Shown here piece after piece: positions 38,901 through 48,054 of a stretch of DNA of 64,000 nucleotides. This stretch comes from an uncultured Gilliamella sp. (lineage in GTDB: Bacteria; Pseudomonadota; Gammaproteobacteria; Enterobacterales; Orbaceae), in assembly GCA_946480175.1 (NCBI GenBank), contig CAMLIK010000001.1, positions 12,364-76,363 of the forward strand, given 5' to 3'. Position 1 is the stretch's first letter. Every line of letters starts with the position of its first letter. A model generated the notes under the pieces. That model was not told where the DNA came from. It ran no database searches and worked only from the letters and a program-made list of their open reading frames with translations. The position numbers were made by a program, and so were the translations under genes.

Positions 38901-39286
38901 TTTTTTAAATTTATTTGATGCTGTGCTAGATTTTTAGTGCTAATTCCTGATTTTTGCAATTCCTGCCTTAACGGCGTTAGCTTTTCTTTTAGCTTTTTAA
39001 CTTCTATTGTCGCTGCGTTAAAGGCGTTTTGCAGTGATTTTGTGGGGCGCTGCGCGTTTTTCAACTCAAGTGCTAGTGATTTAGCTTTATTTTGAGCGTC
39101 GCTAAATTGTTTTTTTAACTGAATAAATCCATTTATATTTTTTTGTGTGTTATTTAATTGATTTAGCTTATTGCGTGTGTCTGTTAATTGCTGCGCCAAT
39201 AGCTTGGCGCCATTCGTAGCGTTGCGAAGGGGACGACTAACTTTATCAACACCCATTAAATTTACATTTAACTGTAAGTTATTCAT
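35966..39286 (-). CDS. Tail tape measure protein gpT
   Basis: 1106 aa; TP901-type core, DNLAGD motif, C-terminal IHSPSRVF repeats. Confidence 0.92.
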   Translation of the reverse strand: MNNLQLNVNLMGVDKVSRPLRNATNGAKLLAQQLTDTRNKLNQLNNTQKNINGFIQLKKQFSDAQNKAKSLALELKNAQRPTKSLQNAFNAATIEVKKLKEKLTPLRQELQKSGISTKNLAQHQINLKNNITATNHSINQQSERLRQLNQRQSKLNQIRTKYDAGMQRAAVLGAVGYGSLSTGRTVFRGLKNLLHVGYEFDASMSATQAVTRIDNKNDPRMLALRQQARQLPLISKFTDSEVAQGQYFLGRTGYTPEQILKAMPGMLDLSAAGDVDLATTADIASNIQMAMGLPAEKMNLVADILTAMFTRNNVDIPMLGESLKYSAGVGASFGQSFATIATLTAVMGNAGIQGSQAGTTLRQILVRLGTSNAVAKLGVKVADKSGNMRDVIDIMSEIAEATKHMGNVQRASINKQIAGQIGLTGFEVLLTQAESGYLKTMRGEPGQYDGEAARVAKTKLDNLAGDMTMLHAAFENISVELFENNNEWLRDAVRGLTHVLHKIGEFLKKHPALSKAIVMLGTGIAIVSAAFGAFALVLMTVFGPMLMTRFLLSRVGLEFGGLFIKTKVARGGFKSLIKTMLSFVGAPFKRTSAAIKSLGRSLAKTSKAPKKFGGAFKGVGNTLLNFTRSPIKSLKKGIGGIGKTLITVARSPVKSFASLGRGFLLFAGSPIRALGSAFLGLGRTLFSFSRIPGIISVAFRGLFVVLGPIGWILGAIAAVGLTIYKYWQPLEAFFSGFWEGLKEALKPVREEFSFLDPIVKAVGDTFKWLGKKIDELTKWFKDLFTPVKSTKKELKEAKNAGKSFGRTVGGAVRWVLLKFKSLFLKIKEIIDYIAGTPERIGKTIKELKEALIGEDGIVAEWKKKGQSIADNLKDGISDKWSQTKNAVSGFGASVGNWFAAALNASPTAKLGLFTVDGYTSGVKRRQPTALKAVNKLGNNVSSKFKKSLDIHSPSRVFAKFGGYTVDGYVRGIENKQSTALQFIHQLGNGISNQFKKSLDIHSPSRVFAKFGDHTVNGYIKGVNRTHPAATKVLSKFANKITSIPNGVVIDKRVPLSQASNASQYYITINASPGMNEQDIARCVIKELERRDRNHSAQFRNSLRDID

Positions 39287-39703
39287 TCGCTCCGCTCCGT
39301 ATTCGGGCCTGTTCTCGCCACTCCATTAACTCTGACAATGTAAAATCAAACATAGCAGATGGTTGCCAGTGAAATACCATCGCAACATCTGCGATCGCAT
39401 CCTCTACGCGTTGGGGGATTCCGTCGGGGCATTCTTCGATGTCTCTGACAAAAAACTGGCAATAACTTGTGTTATTTCAGATAAATCGATTAAATCGAGA
39501 TCAAAGACTTCATGTTCTGCAATTTGTGGGGTGGTAATTCGAGGCAGTACTTTAGCTAGAGAATCAATATCAAGTTCGATAAAATCCAATAATTTAACTC
39601 CACGAAGATCTCCGGTTAGTGGTTTTCGAATGGTTAACTCGCTAATAGTTGTTTTACCTGATTGAATCCCTGCTTTTAATTTGATTTTTTGTGTGTTTTG
39701 CAT
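39279..39703 (-). CDS. Tail assembly chaperones gpE (39404-39703) and gpE+E' by -1 frameshift
   Basis: Slippery TTTTTTG at 39449-39455 (minus strand); the -1 frame encodes VFHWQPSAMFDFTLSELMEWREQA, stop at 39279-39281. Confidence 0.85.
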
Positions 39704-39762
39704 AACGTTACCCTCATATTTTTGGATTTTATGATAGCTCTTGCGGGCTATATTTTAGGAAG

Positions 39763-40275
39763 TTAAATGCCGATGGCGCGGCGTGCTTGCTCTAAACGAT
39801 CTTTACCACCGACTTTATCAATCATGTTAATAAAATCGATTTCTGTAATTTCCTCGTTATCGATAATCTCTTTGTAATAAGTACATAGTGTAGTAATTTT
39901 GGTTGAGTTGCTCTCACCCTGTTTTAATTCGCCGCGATCATGTTCTTTGTGACGTCCATTGACGATGATTTCTACTTTGACAAAATCTTCGCTATCGTCC
40001 TTTTGATAAGCTCCGGCAAATCGCAAAGTAACACCATTGATTAAACCACCATGTTTTTTTAGTACTTGGTAAGCGAGGCCGCCAATTGACCATTCGACGG
40101 TTAAAGCGTCATCATCATATCCGAGATCGATGGGAGCAACGCCCGGCATGCCTCCACCTCGGTAATTTTCAAGCTTGCGTGTTAGTTTCGGTGGTGTAAA
40201 TGATTCTATTTCACCAATATACGAGGTTCCGTCTACATAAACATTAAAGTACTTTAGTTTTTTTGGAAGTGCCAT
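39763..40275 (-). CDS. Tail tube protein gpFII
   Basis: MALPKKLK.FN and PKLTRKLENYRGGGM motifs. Confidence 0.95.
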   Translation of the reverse strand: MALPKKLKYFNVYVDGTSYIGEIESFTPPKLTRKLENYRGGGMPGVAPIDLGYDDDALTVEWSIGGLAYQVLKKHGGLINGVTLRFAGAYQKDDSEDFVKVEIIVNGRHKEHDRGELKQGESNSTKITTLCTYYKEIIDNEEITEIDFINMIDKVGGKDRLEQARRAIGI

Positions 40276-40286
40276 TATTGATATCC

Positions 40287-41462
40287 TTAATTAGAAGCCA
40301 CAGAATTTGCCAAATCAACCAAATATTTATCAGTGATTCGTTGGCGCAACATGAGATTTTCAAGAGGCGGGACAGGGGTGTAATCATAATCAATATATAA
40401 TTTGCCGGCCTTTAGGATGTCTGGTGTATTTACCTCAGGGTCAAACCATGCTTTACCATCAACAATGTAGCCGTTAGATTTTAATTCGCGGAATTTGTTA
40501 TTGATTGATTCAATTAAATCTTTGATTAATGACGCGTGCATTGGAGCATCAACTAACGCGAATTGTGCCTCGGCGATAGTGTCAGCTAACACTTGCGCGG
40601 TGCGCGTGTAGTTTTCAAATGCAAATAATGTGTCCGCTGAGCAAGTGCGAGAGCCCCAGAAGCGATATCCTTGATTGCAAATTAAGGTAGTTACATCATG
40701 CTCGTTTAAGTAATTTGAATCGGAGCTCTCCTCTTGCAAATCCCAAAACACATCACTTGAAATTCCGGTAACTCCATTAACGGGAACATTTGACAATGTC
40801 TTATGCCAGCCAACCTTTTGATCGATTTGCGCGCGTAGACCTAGCGCTCGCGCTGTCGCGGCTAAGGTAACATTTTGTTTTTGTGTGGTATCAAAACCGA
40901 CAAAATCAGGCCAGATTACCATTACCTCACGAGCGCCCAATTGATCGCGATAAAGCACTGCATCCTCTTTGGTTTTAGCTCCATAAGCCGAAACATAACA
41001 AAAGGCCCGCAATTTTTGCGCCAATGCTACTAGCGCAGTAGCAACCGGCAAAGAGTCATAACCAGGCACGCCTAAAATGCGTGGTTTTACCTTCAATTGA
41101 CTTTGAGCTGAAAGTAGGGCTTTCATGCCAGTATATTTACCTTCTGCTGTTGTTGTACCAATGATATTTGCTGTAGTGTCTTCATCGGTTGCGCCAGTTT
41201 CAACACGAACAACAACAATGACCGGTGAGCATTGATCGGCTATCGCCTCCAGTGATGGCTTAAGAGTTCCATTTGAGCCGGCTTTACCAATTGCTGTGTT
41301 GACATTGGTAATCAAAACGGGGGTGTTATGCGGGAAATACGTTGCATCGGCATCATCGCCAGTACAAACAATACCAATAACAGCTGTTGAAACTGTTCTG
41401 ATTGTGCGTGCACCTTCGTTGATTTCTATGACTCGGACGCCGTGGTGGTAGTCATTTGGCAT
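40287..41462 (-). CDS. Tail sheath protein gpFI
   Basis: DYHHGVRV.EIN and GWHKTLSNV motifs; YDYTPVPPLENL. Confidence 0.95.
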   Translation of the reverse strand: MPNDYHHGVRVIEINEGARTIRTVSTAVIGIVCTGDDADATYFPHNTPVLITNVNTAIGKAGSNGTLKPSLEAIADQCSPVIVVVRVETGATDEDTTANIIGTTTAEGKYTGMKALLSAQSQLKVKPRILGVPGYDSLPVATALVALAQKLRAFCYVSAYGAKTKEDAVLYRDQLGAREVMVIWPDFVGFDTTQKQNVTLAATARALGLRAQIDQKVGWHKTLSNVPVNGVTGISSDVFWDLQEESSDSNYLNEHDVTTLICNQGYRFWGSRTCSADTLFAFENYTRTAQVLADTIAEAQFALVDAPMHASLIKDLIESINNKFRELKSNGYIVDGKAWFDPEVNTPDILKAGKLYIDYDYTPVPPLENLMLRQRITDKYLVDLANSVASN

Positions 41463-41543
41463 TTGTGTTCTCCAGTAAATTTGTGAATTACAAAATATAT
41501 GGGAATGTTTGCATATTGACGTTAAGGGTGTTAGTTGTTCGAT

Positions 41544-41564
41544 TTGTGAAAGCTGAATTTACAA
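41544..41564. promoter_or_regulatory. Ogr-type activator site of late promoter pF
   Basis: TTGT-N13-ACAA upstream of FI. Confidence 0.7.
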
Positions 41565-41669
41565 CCTGCGTAAGCGAGCGAGTTTATTTATAAATAAAGA
41601 TATTCCAGATAATTGTGCTATATACTCAGAAAATTAATACAATTATCCAGAATAATAGTTAATAAATGA

Positions 41670-42275
41670 TTATTTTGGTTTTTTAGGCCAATCGATATTT
41701 GGTGCTTGTTCGATATCAATGCGATTGATTAACGCACGATATTTTTTCCATTTAGCAAATAGTTCGGTCTCTTCATTGGTCGCTATATCTGTATCGACCG
41801 CATCCTGCAAATAACTGATTTGGGTTGTCGCCTCGGAAATCAGTTGATATTTTTTTGATAACGCCTGATTGATTTCATTCTGATGCTGTTTTTCAGCATC
41901 TAATATCCATTTTTCACCATCCCAACTATCAAATTGACTGGTAGGTTTTAAAATGGTATAACCATCTGGGATTTCCCCCACTTCTTGCATGGTCGTTTCT
42001 GCACCTGTTTTCATTGAATAAATTTTAGTGCCACGTAAATCTTGTGGGTATATCCACTGTTCGCCGTTGTGAATAATGGCTTGATTGTCTTTAACGTTTT
42101 TCGGGGCATCTATATATGCATTAGCTGGCAATCCAACACCTACTTGTAAATATTGGTATGTTGCGTGCAAAAATTCGCCTTTGACGTCAACATTATAAAC
42201 AACTACCCAACCTGACGAGACTGTTAGTCCATTACTATCCAACACTGCTGATTTTGGTTGTAATTGATATTTCAT
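41670..42275 (-). CDS. Tail fibre assembly chaperone gpG
   Basis: GVGLPANA, DLRG, WDGEKW and C-terminal LQDAVD...WKKYR...IDWP motifs. Confidence 0.9.
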   Translation of the reverse strand: MKYQLQPKSAVLDSNGLTVSSGWVVVYNVDVKGEFLHATYQYLQVGVGLPANAYIDAPKNVKDNQAIIHNGEQWIYPQDLRGTKIYSMKTGAETTMQEVGEIPDGYTILKPTSQFDSWDGEKWILDAEKQHQNEINQALSKKYQLISEATTQISYLQDAVDTDIATNEETELFAKWKKYRALINRIDIEQAPNIDWPKKPK

Positions 42276-42289
42276 ATATTTTCTCCTGT

Positions 42290-44038
42290 TTATTCTGCTT
42301 TAACGATATACATAAATGCTATATTTCTTGGACGAGTTTCATGACCTACAAGGCCAGCTGGGTTTAAATCGTACCAAGATGTTGTTCCTGCGGATGTTGT
42401 TATACTCCCAGTTGTACCGTCATTTGTATACAATAGCGCATTATCCATGTCATTGCTGCTGGCTCCTACCCAGTGCCCACTGCCACCCGTTGCTCCAAAC
42501 GGAGCAAAATTTTCACGCCATTTTTCTGAAAACGTGTTCTGATTTTCCCCCCAACCTTCAACATGTCTATGCGCAGAAATTTGTGGAGCCTGCCATTCTA
42601 ATATTGAGCGGTATGGATCGGCTCCTCGTGCATTGTCCCATCCGCGAATAAATTCACCCCGTAAATCTGGTAATACTCCTGCTGGGTAGGCTGCAGCCAA
42701 TTTAGGACATTGATTTTTATCGAACGTCGAGCCGTTACATTCAAAATAACCTGTAGGCGGATAGTGTTGGGGCCACGGCATCGGCACGCCAACTGGCGGG
42801 GTTCTATCTCTAACAAACTGATCTAATCCGCCGATTCTGTCTGCTGTGATATAGCCACTCATCCACCCATCATGATTGACATACCAAACAAAATCGTTTT
42901 TTACATGACTATACATTCCCATTACGCCGTCATCACGTATGACTATATAAACTCGTTTGTCGTGTGAATAAATGCGTGATTCATAGTTATCTGTTTGAAA
43001 TTTATCAGTAATGACGTTTACACGATCGTTGACGTAATTTACATTATTGTTCACACCGATTGCGAACTGATGAACATCAGTAATTCTATTGTTTGCTACA
43101 GTGACACGTTCGTCGATTTCTTTCGAATAATCGTGCACTTGACTAATTCTGTTGTGAGCTGAAACAACATCGTTATTAATCGATTTAGCGTACTCATGAA
43201 CATCGGTAATTCTGTTATTAGCTAAAGTGACTTTATTGTCGATTTCTTTCGAATAATCGTGCACTTGACTAATTCTGTTGTGAGCTGAAACAACATCGTT
43301 ATTAATCGATTTAGCGTACTCATGAACATCGGTAATTCTGTTATTAGCTAAAGTGACTTTATTGTCGATTTCTTTCGAATAATCGTGCACTTGACTAATT
43401 CTGTTGTGAGCTGAAACAACATTATCATTGACTTTTTTAACTGCCAGTGGCGTTGCAGCTTGGTTTTCAAGATTAGAATCGATGGCAGAATTTAATTGTA
43501 CAAAGCCTTTTGATTTTGTAGTGGCACCGGGGTGATTGGTTGACTTTTCATGAATAGCCATTTTAGCGGTAATGAGTTCATCAACGTATTGCCGAGTGGC
43601 CAATACCACTGCTGGATCAATTTTTAGCTCGATAGATTGTGTATTATCAACAATAATAATCATTCTAATCACTTGTGTGCGGCCGCTGCCTTCCGCTAAT
43701 TTAGGTTTATAGGTGGTAGGGCAGTTACCAACGGCGATTAAATTACCCTTGTCATCAAACAAGCCAATTTCATGAATAAACCATCCCCCATCTGACTCAG
43801 GTATAACTTGTTCTGCAATAATTTGATTGGGGTTTTCTTTATCAATAAATAAGGTGTTGATAGCTGCACGTCTAACTTCGTGCACTAAATTGGTTTGGTT
43901 TGCGTCTGGTTTAGGTATAATGCCATCACCATCTCCAACCGCCATTTGAGTTATTTTAAGCGGCACTCCAAGTGCGGTAGCATTAGCTAATAGTGCCGCT
44001 CCTCGTTTAGTTAAAATTGTATAGTAGGTTTGATTCAT
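42290..44038 (-). CDS. Tail fibre protein gpH with coiled-coil repeat stalk and tail-collar domain
   Basis: P2 H N-terminus (MAVGDG, EGSGR, DPAVVLATR); PVGVPMPWP...PDLRGEFIRGWD; ETRPRNIAF. Confidence 0.92.
   Translation of the reverse strand: MNQTYYTILTKRGAALLANATALGVPLKITQMAVGDGDGIIPKPDANQTNLVHEVRRAAINTLFIDKENPNQIIAEQVIPESDGGWFIHEIGLFDDKGNLIAVGNCPTTYKPKLAEGSGRTQVIRMIIIVDNTQSIELKIDPAVVLATRQYVDELITAKMAIHEKSTNHPGATTKSKGFVQLNSAIDSNLENQAATPLAVKKVNDNVVSAHNRISQVHDYSKEIDNKVTLANNRITDVHEYAKSINNDVVSAHNRISQVHDYSKEIDNKVTLANNRITDVHEYAKSINNDVVSAHNRISQVHDYSKEIDERVTVANNRITDVHQFAIGVNNNVNYVNDRVNVITDKFQTDNYESRIYSHDKRVYIVIRDDGVMGMYSHVKNDFVWYVNHDGWMSGYITADRIGGLDQFVRDRTPPVGVPMPWPQHYPPTGYFECNGSTFDKNQCPKLAAAYPAGVLPDLRGEFIRGWDNARGADPYRSILEWQAPQISAHRHVEGWGENQNTFSEKWRENFAPFGATGGSGHWVGASSNDMDNALLYTNDGTTGSITTSAGTTSWYDLNPAGLVGHETRPRNIAFMYIVKAE
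43112..43422. repeat. About 2.5 perfect tandem copies of a 126-bp unit inside gpH
   Basis: Unit starts at 43112, 43238 and 43364. Confidence 0.9.
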
Positions 44039-44640
44039 AATGTTATGCTCATTGTATCGATTAAATGAATAGTTGCGCCAAAATGCCCTTCGGATTGTGT
44101 AATGATCGTTTCTGTAATGTAAGGATAAATGCTAATCGTGTTTCCATCATATGCCGAAGCCCCTATTTTAGTGTGGCCGATTGTCATAATGTGTAATGCC
44201 AGCCCCGCCAATTTACGGGATACTGGTTTAACCTCATCAATAATTCTGGTTAATTCATTATATGACTCGTCAGAAATGCCGGAGTCTGACACGCCGACCT
44301 CAAGCGAAAAAGTGCCCGGTTCGGAATTTGTTTGCCACCACTCGGTAATATTTATTAAGTATCCGAAAGGCTCAACGGCGCGCCGAATTGCTTCTTTAGT
44401 CCCCTTAATTTGATGAATTTTAAATGCTTCTGCTATAATTTTTCTTTTGGTCTGCTCAGACCATTTTTCATCCCAACGATCGACACTATATTGCCATGCC
44501 AAGTAAGGCAATAATTCATATGGACAAGTCATTGGATCCCACAGAGTGCGGATCGGAATGGGGGGGGAGCAGGCTATAGCTTGCGATAATCTCTTTTCCA
44601 ACCCCGTCGCAGAGGGTGGTAATAATGTTTTATTCGTCAT
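44035..44640 (-). CDS. Tail/baseplate protein gpI
   Basis: LLPPSAT.LE, LWDP.TCP..LLPYLAW..SVDRWD motifs. Confidence 0.93.
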   Translation of the reverse strand: MTNKTLLPPSATGLEKRLSQAIACSPPIPIRTLWDPMTCPYELLPYLAWQYSVDRWDEKWSEQTKRKIIAEAFKIHQIKGTKEAIRRAVEPFGYLINITEWWQTNSEPGTFSLEVGVSDSGISDESYNELTRIIDEVKPVSRKLAGLALHIMTIGHTKIGASAYDGNTISIYPYITETIITQSEGHFGATIHLIDTMSITL

Positions 44641-45541
44641 AGCCCGCGACCTCTATCTTGTAGCCATTGCAATAACTTGCTTGCTCACGATTGATCGGTA
44701 TGTCGTGAGAGGGAGCTAATAGCTCGACACGTTGAACGCCAACCACATGCAATGCTGAAATGATGGCGCTACGATTGATACGTCGCCCGATTCGGTGTTT
44801 TTCAGTGATATAAGCTTGTAAATTTTCGATGGCTGTTTTTTTTATAGGTTCTGATTCTGGGCCGGGATATAAATATAGTTTAGCGTTGATTTGATAGTCA
44901 ATTAATTCTACTGATTTGACAGTCACTCTATCAGCAACCGGGCGGCGGTCATCTTGATTAACCGCTTTTTTAACTATTTCAACCAATTCATCCGAAGCTA
45001 TACCATTATTATCACGAGCTAATACCGCTAATGTAACACAAGCGGGGGAGGGGCTTTCTGCGGCGGCATCTAATACTCGACCGTCTGCACTGCGAGCATA
45101 AAACTCATACGCCGCGCGAGGGCCGGCGACAGATAAGCCTTCAAAGGCGGCCTGAATTCTCATTCTAAAATCGTCGTCAGATTCTTTAATTTCTGGAATT
45201 GCTGGCGATACGGTATTGTCACCGTATTGTATAATTAAGCGATAAACATTGAAATTAGCGCCCAGATTATCTAAATCATTTCCCTTTGAGTGAGCAATCA
45301 TCAGCGCTTGTGATGCCTCATTAATACGTTGACGTAAAATTAACTCGTAATAAGCGCTCTCTTGTAACAGCTTAACAACTGGCTCACTTTCATATTGTAG
45401 TGTTTTTGCTACTTCTTGCCGTTGCTCTGGCGGATAGAGTGATATAAATTTTGCTTTGCGTTGGTTATATAATGTTTCAAAATCTAATAATTCAACCACA
45501 TCTGGCGATGGTAATTTTGACAAATTTGTTAGTGTGGCCAT
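44630..45541 (-). CDS. Baseplate protein gpJ
   Basis: LS.LP.PDVVE.LDFE, SVAGP..AYEF and RPVADRV motifs. Confidence 0.93.
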   Translation of the reverse strand: MATLTNLSKLPSPDVVELLDFETLYNQRKAKFISLYPPEQRQEVAKTLQYESEPVVKLLQESAYYELILRQRINEASQALMIAHSKGNDLDNLGANFNVYRLIIQYGDNTVSPAIPEIKESDDDFRMRIQAAFEGLSVAGPRAAYEFYARSADGRVLDAAAESPSPACVTLAVLARDNNGIASDELVEIVKKAVNQDDRRPVADRVTVKSVELIDYQINAKLYLYPGPESEPIKKTAIENLQAYITEKHRIGRRINRSAIISALHVVGVQRVELLAPSHDIPINREQASYCNGYKIEVAGYDE

Positions 45542-45882
45542 GTCATCACCTCAATATCGCTAGTAAATGATTGATTGGGTTTATCGGTTCGTGACCCAGT
45601 TATTTGTAGCGTTAATTTTTCTTTATCAGTTAAAACGTTGACGGCATCTAATTTAATTCGTTTTTCCCACTGATTTAATGCCATCACTGTAGCTGATATA
45701 ACCCTTAATCGGGTTGCATCTGTATTTGGATTATCTAACAATAAAAAGAGTAATGAGCCATAGTCGCGTCGCTCAACTCGTGAGCCAATCGGCGTCATCA
45801 AGATATCTTTTACTGATTGATTTATATGATCCATATCAGTTATTGTTCGTCCCGTTTTGCTATTCATGCCGATATAACTCAT
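45529..45882 (-). CDS. Baseplate protein gpW
   Basis: GMN..TG, HI.QSV.DIL.TP.GSRV.RRDYGS motifs. Confidence 0.93.
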   Translation of the reverse strand: MSYIGMNSKTGRTITDMDHINQSVKDILMTPIGSRVERRDYGSLLFLLLDNPNTDATRLRVISATVMALNQWEKRIKLDAVNVLTDKEKLTLQITGSRTDKPNQSFTSDIEVMTWPH

Positions 45883-46517
45883 TGTGGTTTTCCTGTTGAA
45901 TCACCGCCAGCTTTAACGCCAATATGGGTGTGAGTGTCTAATACAATGCCGTTCGATGATAATTGACCTTGTTTATGAATGACGTTACCAGTTAAGGTGC
46001 CTGTATTACCTTTGGCGCCACCACCGCTAGCACTGAATGATTTGAACGTTATATGATCACTACATTCAACTAGTGGGGTGTCGAGATGGATTTTTGCTCC
46101 CGCTTTAGCGGTAATTTGTTCACTTGCTTCAATCACAGCCGTTTTGATACCTTTGATGGTTAATTGGCTCGTTTCGGGTTCATATTCAAATGATGCGCCA
46201 TCAGGGAATGTCACAAAATAACCATCCTCAGATTTAGATGGGGCAGGATTAGCATCACAATATATGCTAGGTAATACGCAACCTAATGAAAGGTTACCAT
46301 TAGGGCTTAAAATGAATACTTGCTCTCCAACAGATGGCCGCCACCATGTGCGGCTTTTACCTGCGCGATGGGTAAACCATGGCAACCATGCGGTAATTAA
46401 TTCACCAGTACGGACTTTAACCCGATCGCCATTGGTTTTACAAATAACACCGGGGCGGATCAGGTTTTCAATTTTTCGTAAAATGTCGACTAGGTCGGCG
46501 GGATGATAACTTTGCAT
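45879..46517 (-). CDS. Baseplate spike gpV (ATG 46517 preferred to ORF-track start 46574)
   Basis: ENLIR.G, WLPW...RAG..RTWW.PSVGEQV and C-terminal HTH.GV motifs. Confidence 0.9.
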   Translation of the reverse strand: MQSYHPADLVDILRKIENLIRPGVICKTNGDRVKVRTGELITAWLPWFTHRAGKSRTWWRPSVGEQVFILSPNGNLSLGCVLPSIYCDANPAPSKSEDGYFVTFPDGASFEYEPETSQLTIKGIKTAVIEASEQITAKAGAKIHLDTPLVECSDHITFKSFSASGGGAKGNTGTLTGNVIHKQGQLSSNGIVLDTHTHIGVKAGGDSTGKPQ

Positions 46518-46562
46518 AGCGTTATCATTAATATTTATAGATAAACAATAAAGCCAGCCGAG

Positions 46563-46583
46563 TTGTAAATACAATTTTTACAA
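46563..46583. promoter_or_regulatory. Ogr-type activator site of late promoter pV
   Basis: AG-TTGT-N13-ACAA-CT. Confidence 0.75.
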
Positions 46584-47039
46584 CTTAGCAGCTAAATGCG
46601 CAACAGTGATTTGTTCAATCATTTTATAGTCTTGTTGATTAATTCCAAGTAGTTTGCGTGATGGGTATTTGATTGTCCAGCTGTCTTTTTTGTTAACCCT
46701 CCCGCGCAATCCGTAATGGTGGATGCGCGCGATGCGCGAGACCGAGCTAATAAATTGCACTGTTGCGCGATTGCTGTTTGCTGCTGTGCGCAAAAATTTT
46801 GTTGTGCGTAATTTTGTAAACATCTTACGCCTAATTTTGCCCCCTTTTTTTCTGAATTTTTGCTGTTTTCTCGGTTCGAATGGTGTGCCGTCGGGTTGAT
46901 GTTGAGCAATAATTCGCTTACGATTGTTTTCTCTTAATCGTTTGGCAATTTCACGTGCAAGAATTGCCCGATTATTGCTGCTTAATTGCGTCAATATGCC
47001 GCTTGCATAATCATGTAATTTATTTAATTCATCGGCCAT
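46578..47039 (-). CDS. Tail completion protein gpS
   Basis: Q.QPDGTPF.PRK, MF.KLR, RIARIHHYG and YPSR.LLG motifs. Confidence 0.9.
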   Translation of the reverse strand: MADELNKLHDYASGILTQLSSNNRAILAREIAKRLRENNRKRIIAQHQPDGTPFEPRKQQKFRKKGGKIRRKMFTKLRTTKFLRTAANSNRATVQFISSVSRIARIHHYGLRGRVNKKDSWTIKYPSRKLLGINQQDYKMIEQITVAHLAAKL

Positions 47040-47470
47040 ATGTCATTGATCCAATCAGGTCGCAGATCCGCGGGTGGTTCATCAATAACATGTTTATATT
47101 CAAGTCCTGACGTTCCACTTTTGACAATAACTCGCTCGGTTAGTTTTAATTCAATACTAACATCTGCTGTATTATTATTTAATTGCTCGACCTCAAATTT
47201 TATGGCACCCCTTCTTAGCTCAGGATTAGCCATAAATTCCTGTTGATTAATATACATCCAGCTAATGATTGGTACCATTAAATAGTCGATTGGCTGATCA
47301 TAATCGGTGACGATTAAATTAACCTGATACTCGTATTCAAAACTTAACGATTTTGCTGCTGTTGCTGTGACATCTCCATCATCAATAAATATATGTAATT
47401 TTTCTGGATTAGTCTTGATAAATAGATTATTTTTTTCAAGGACTTTACGGAGTTGATTAATTTTTTTCAT
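47024..47470 (-). CDS. Tail completion protein gpR
   Basis: NPEKLHIFID.G, SLSFEY.Y and LKLTERVIV motifs. Confidence 0.9.
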   Translation of the reverse strand: MKKINQLRKVLEKNNLFIKTNPEKLHIFIDDGDVTATAAKSLSFEYEYQVNLIVTDYDQPIDYLMVPIISWMYINQQEFMANPELRRGAIKFEVEQLNNNTADVSIELKLTERVIVKSGTSGLEYKHVIDEPPADLRPDWINDIWPMN

Positions 47471-47723
47471 ATTCAGCCTGTTGACATTGATAAATCATAT
47501 CGACCTGTACCGCGCATTGATGCCATGCTGCCAAGATTTCCCTATTATCATCAATTAGCGTTCTATTATTTTTCAAGTTGTTTGCTGGAAGATAACAAGG
47601 TGTTACGGCTGGACAACCAACCCTGATAGTCATCACTTCCCGTGATTTCTGGCCTTGAGTGCATCCACTTAATAGCATCAGGCAAATCATTGTTAGACCA
47701 AATGCGTAACTGTTCATTTTCAT
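47457..47723 (-). CDS. lysC: o-spanin (LysC/Rz1-like lipoprotein)
   Basis: Lipobox LLSGC; GCPAVTPC and CAVQVD.I..CQ motifs; overlaps lysB. Confidence 0.85.
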   Translation of the reverse strand: MKMNSYAFGLTMICLMLLSGCTQGQKSREVMTIRVGCPAVTPCYLPANNLKNNRTLIDDNREILAAWHQCAVQVDMIYQCQQAEYEKN

Positions 47724-48054
47724 TTATAAGTTGCTCCAATTCTTTTTTATATTGACGATTTAATATATCGGCAGTTTGTAATTGTTTTTTTTGATTTATT
47801 AATTGTTGTTCATTATTTCTATGTAGCTCGTCAAGCTCGATCAGTTGATTGTTTTTATAATCAATGATTCCGATCAGCTCCTCTTTGTCCTCTCTTAATG
47901 TTTCGTTATCAACATTTAATTGTTTATTTTTGGCTGTTAATTGACATAAAAATATAATTGACACGAAAAATAATAACCACGGGGCAAATTTAATAAAACT
48001 AGGAATAAACTGGCTTAACAAAGCAATGACTTTACTTTTTAGCATAATTTTCAT
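47566..48054 (-). CDS. lysB: i-spanin (LysB/Rz-like)
   Basis: N-terminal TM, coiled coil, ENEQLR.W...LP...RP motif. Confidence 0.85.
   Translation of the reverse strand: MKIMLKSKVIALLSQFIPSFIKFAPWLLFFVSIIFLCQLTAKNKQLNVDNETLREDKEELIGIIDYKNNQLIELDELHRNNEQQLINQKKQLQTADILNRQYKKELEQLINENEQLRIWSNNDLPDAIKWMHSRPEITGSDDYQGWLSSRNTLLSSSKQLEK

Noticed and set aside
41462-42290. Invertible tail-fibre cassette
   Set aside because: No serine invertase, no inverted second fibre or chaperone copy, and no flanking inverted repeats seen
43112-43422. CRISPR array or DGR template/variable repeat
   Set aside because: Contiguous identical in-frame units with no spacers and no adenine-specific mismatches; no reverse transcriptase or cas gene in the window
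46518-46574. N-terminal extension of gpV in the ORF track
   Set aside because: It overlaps the late-promoter activator site; ATG 46517 gives a typical gpV length
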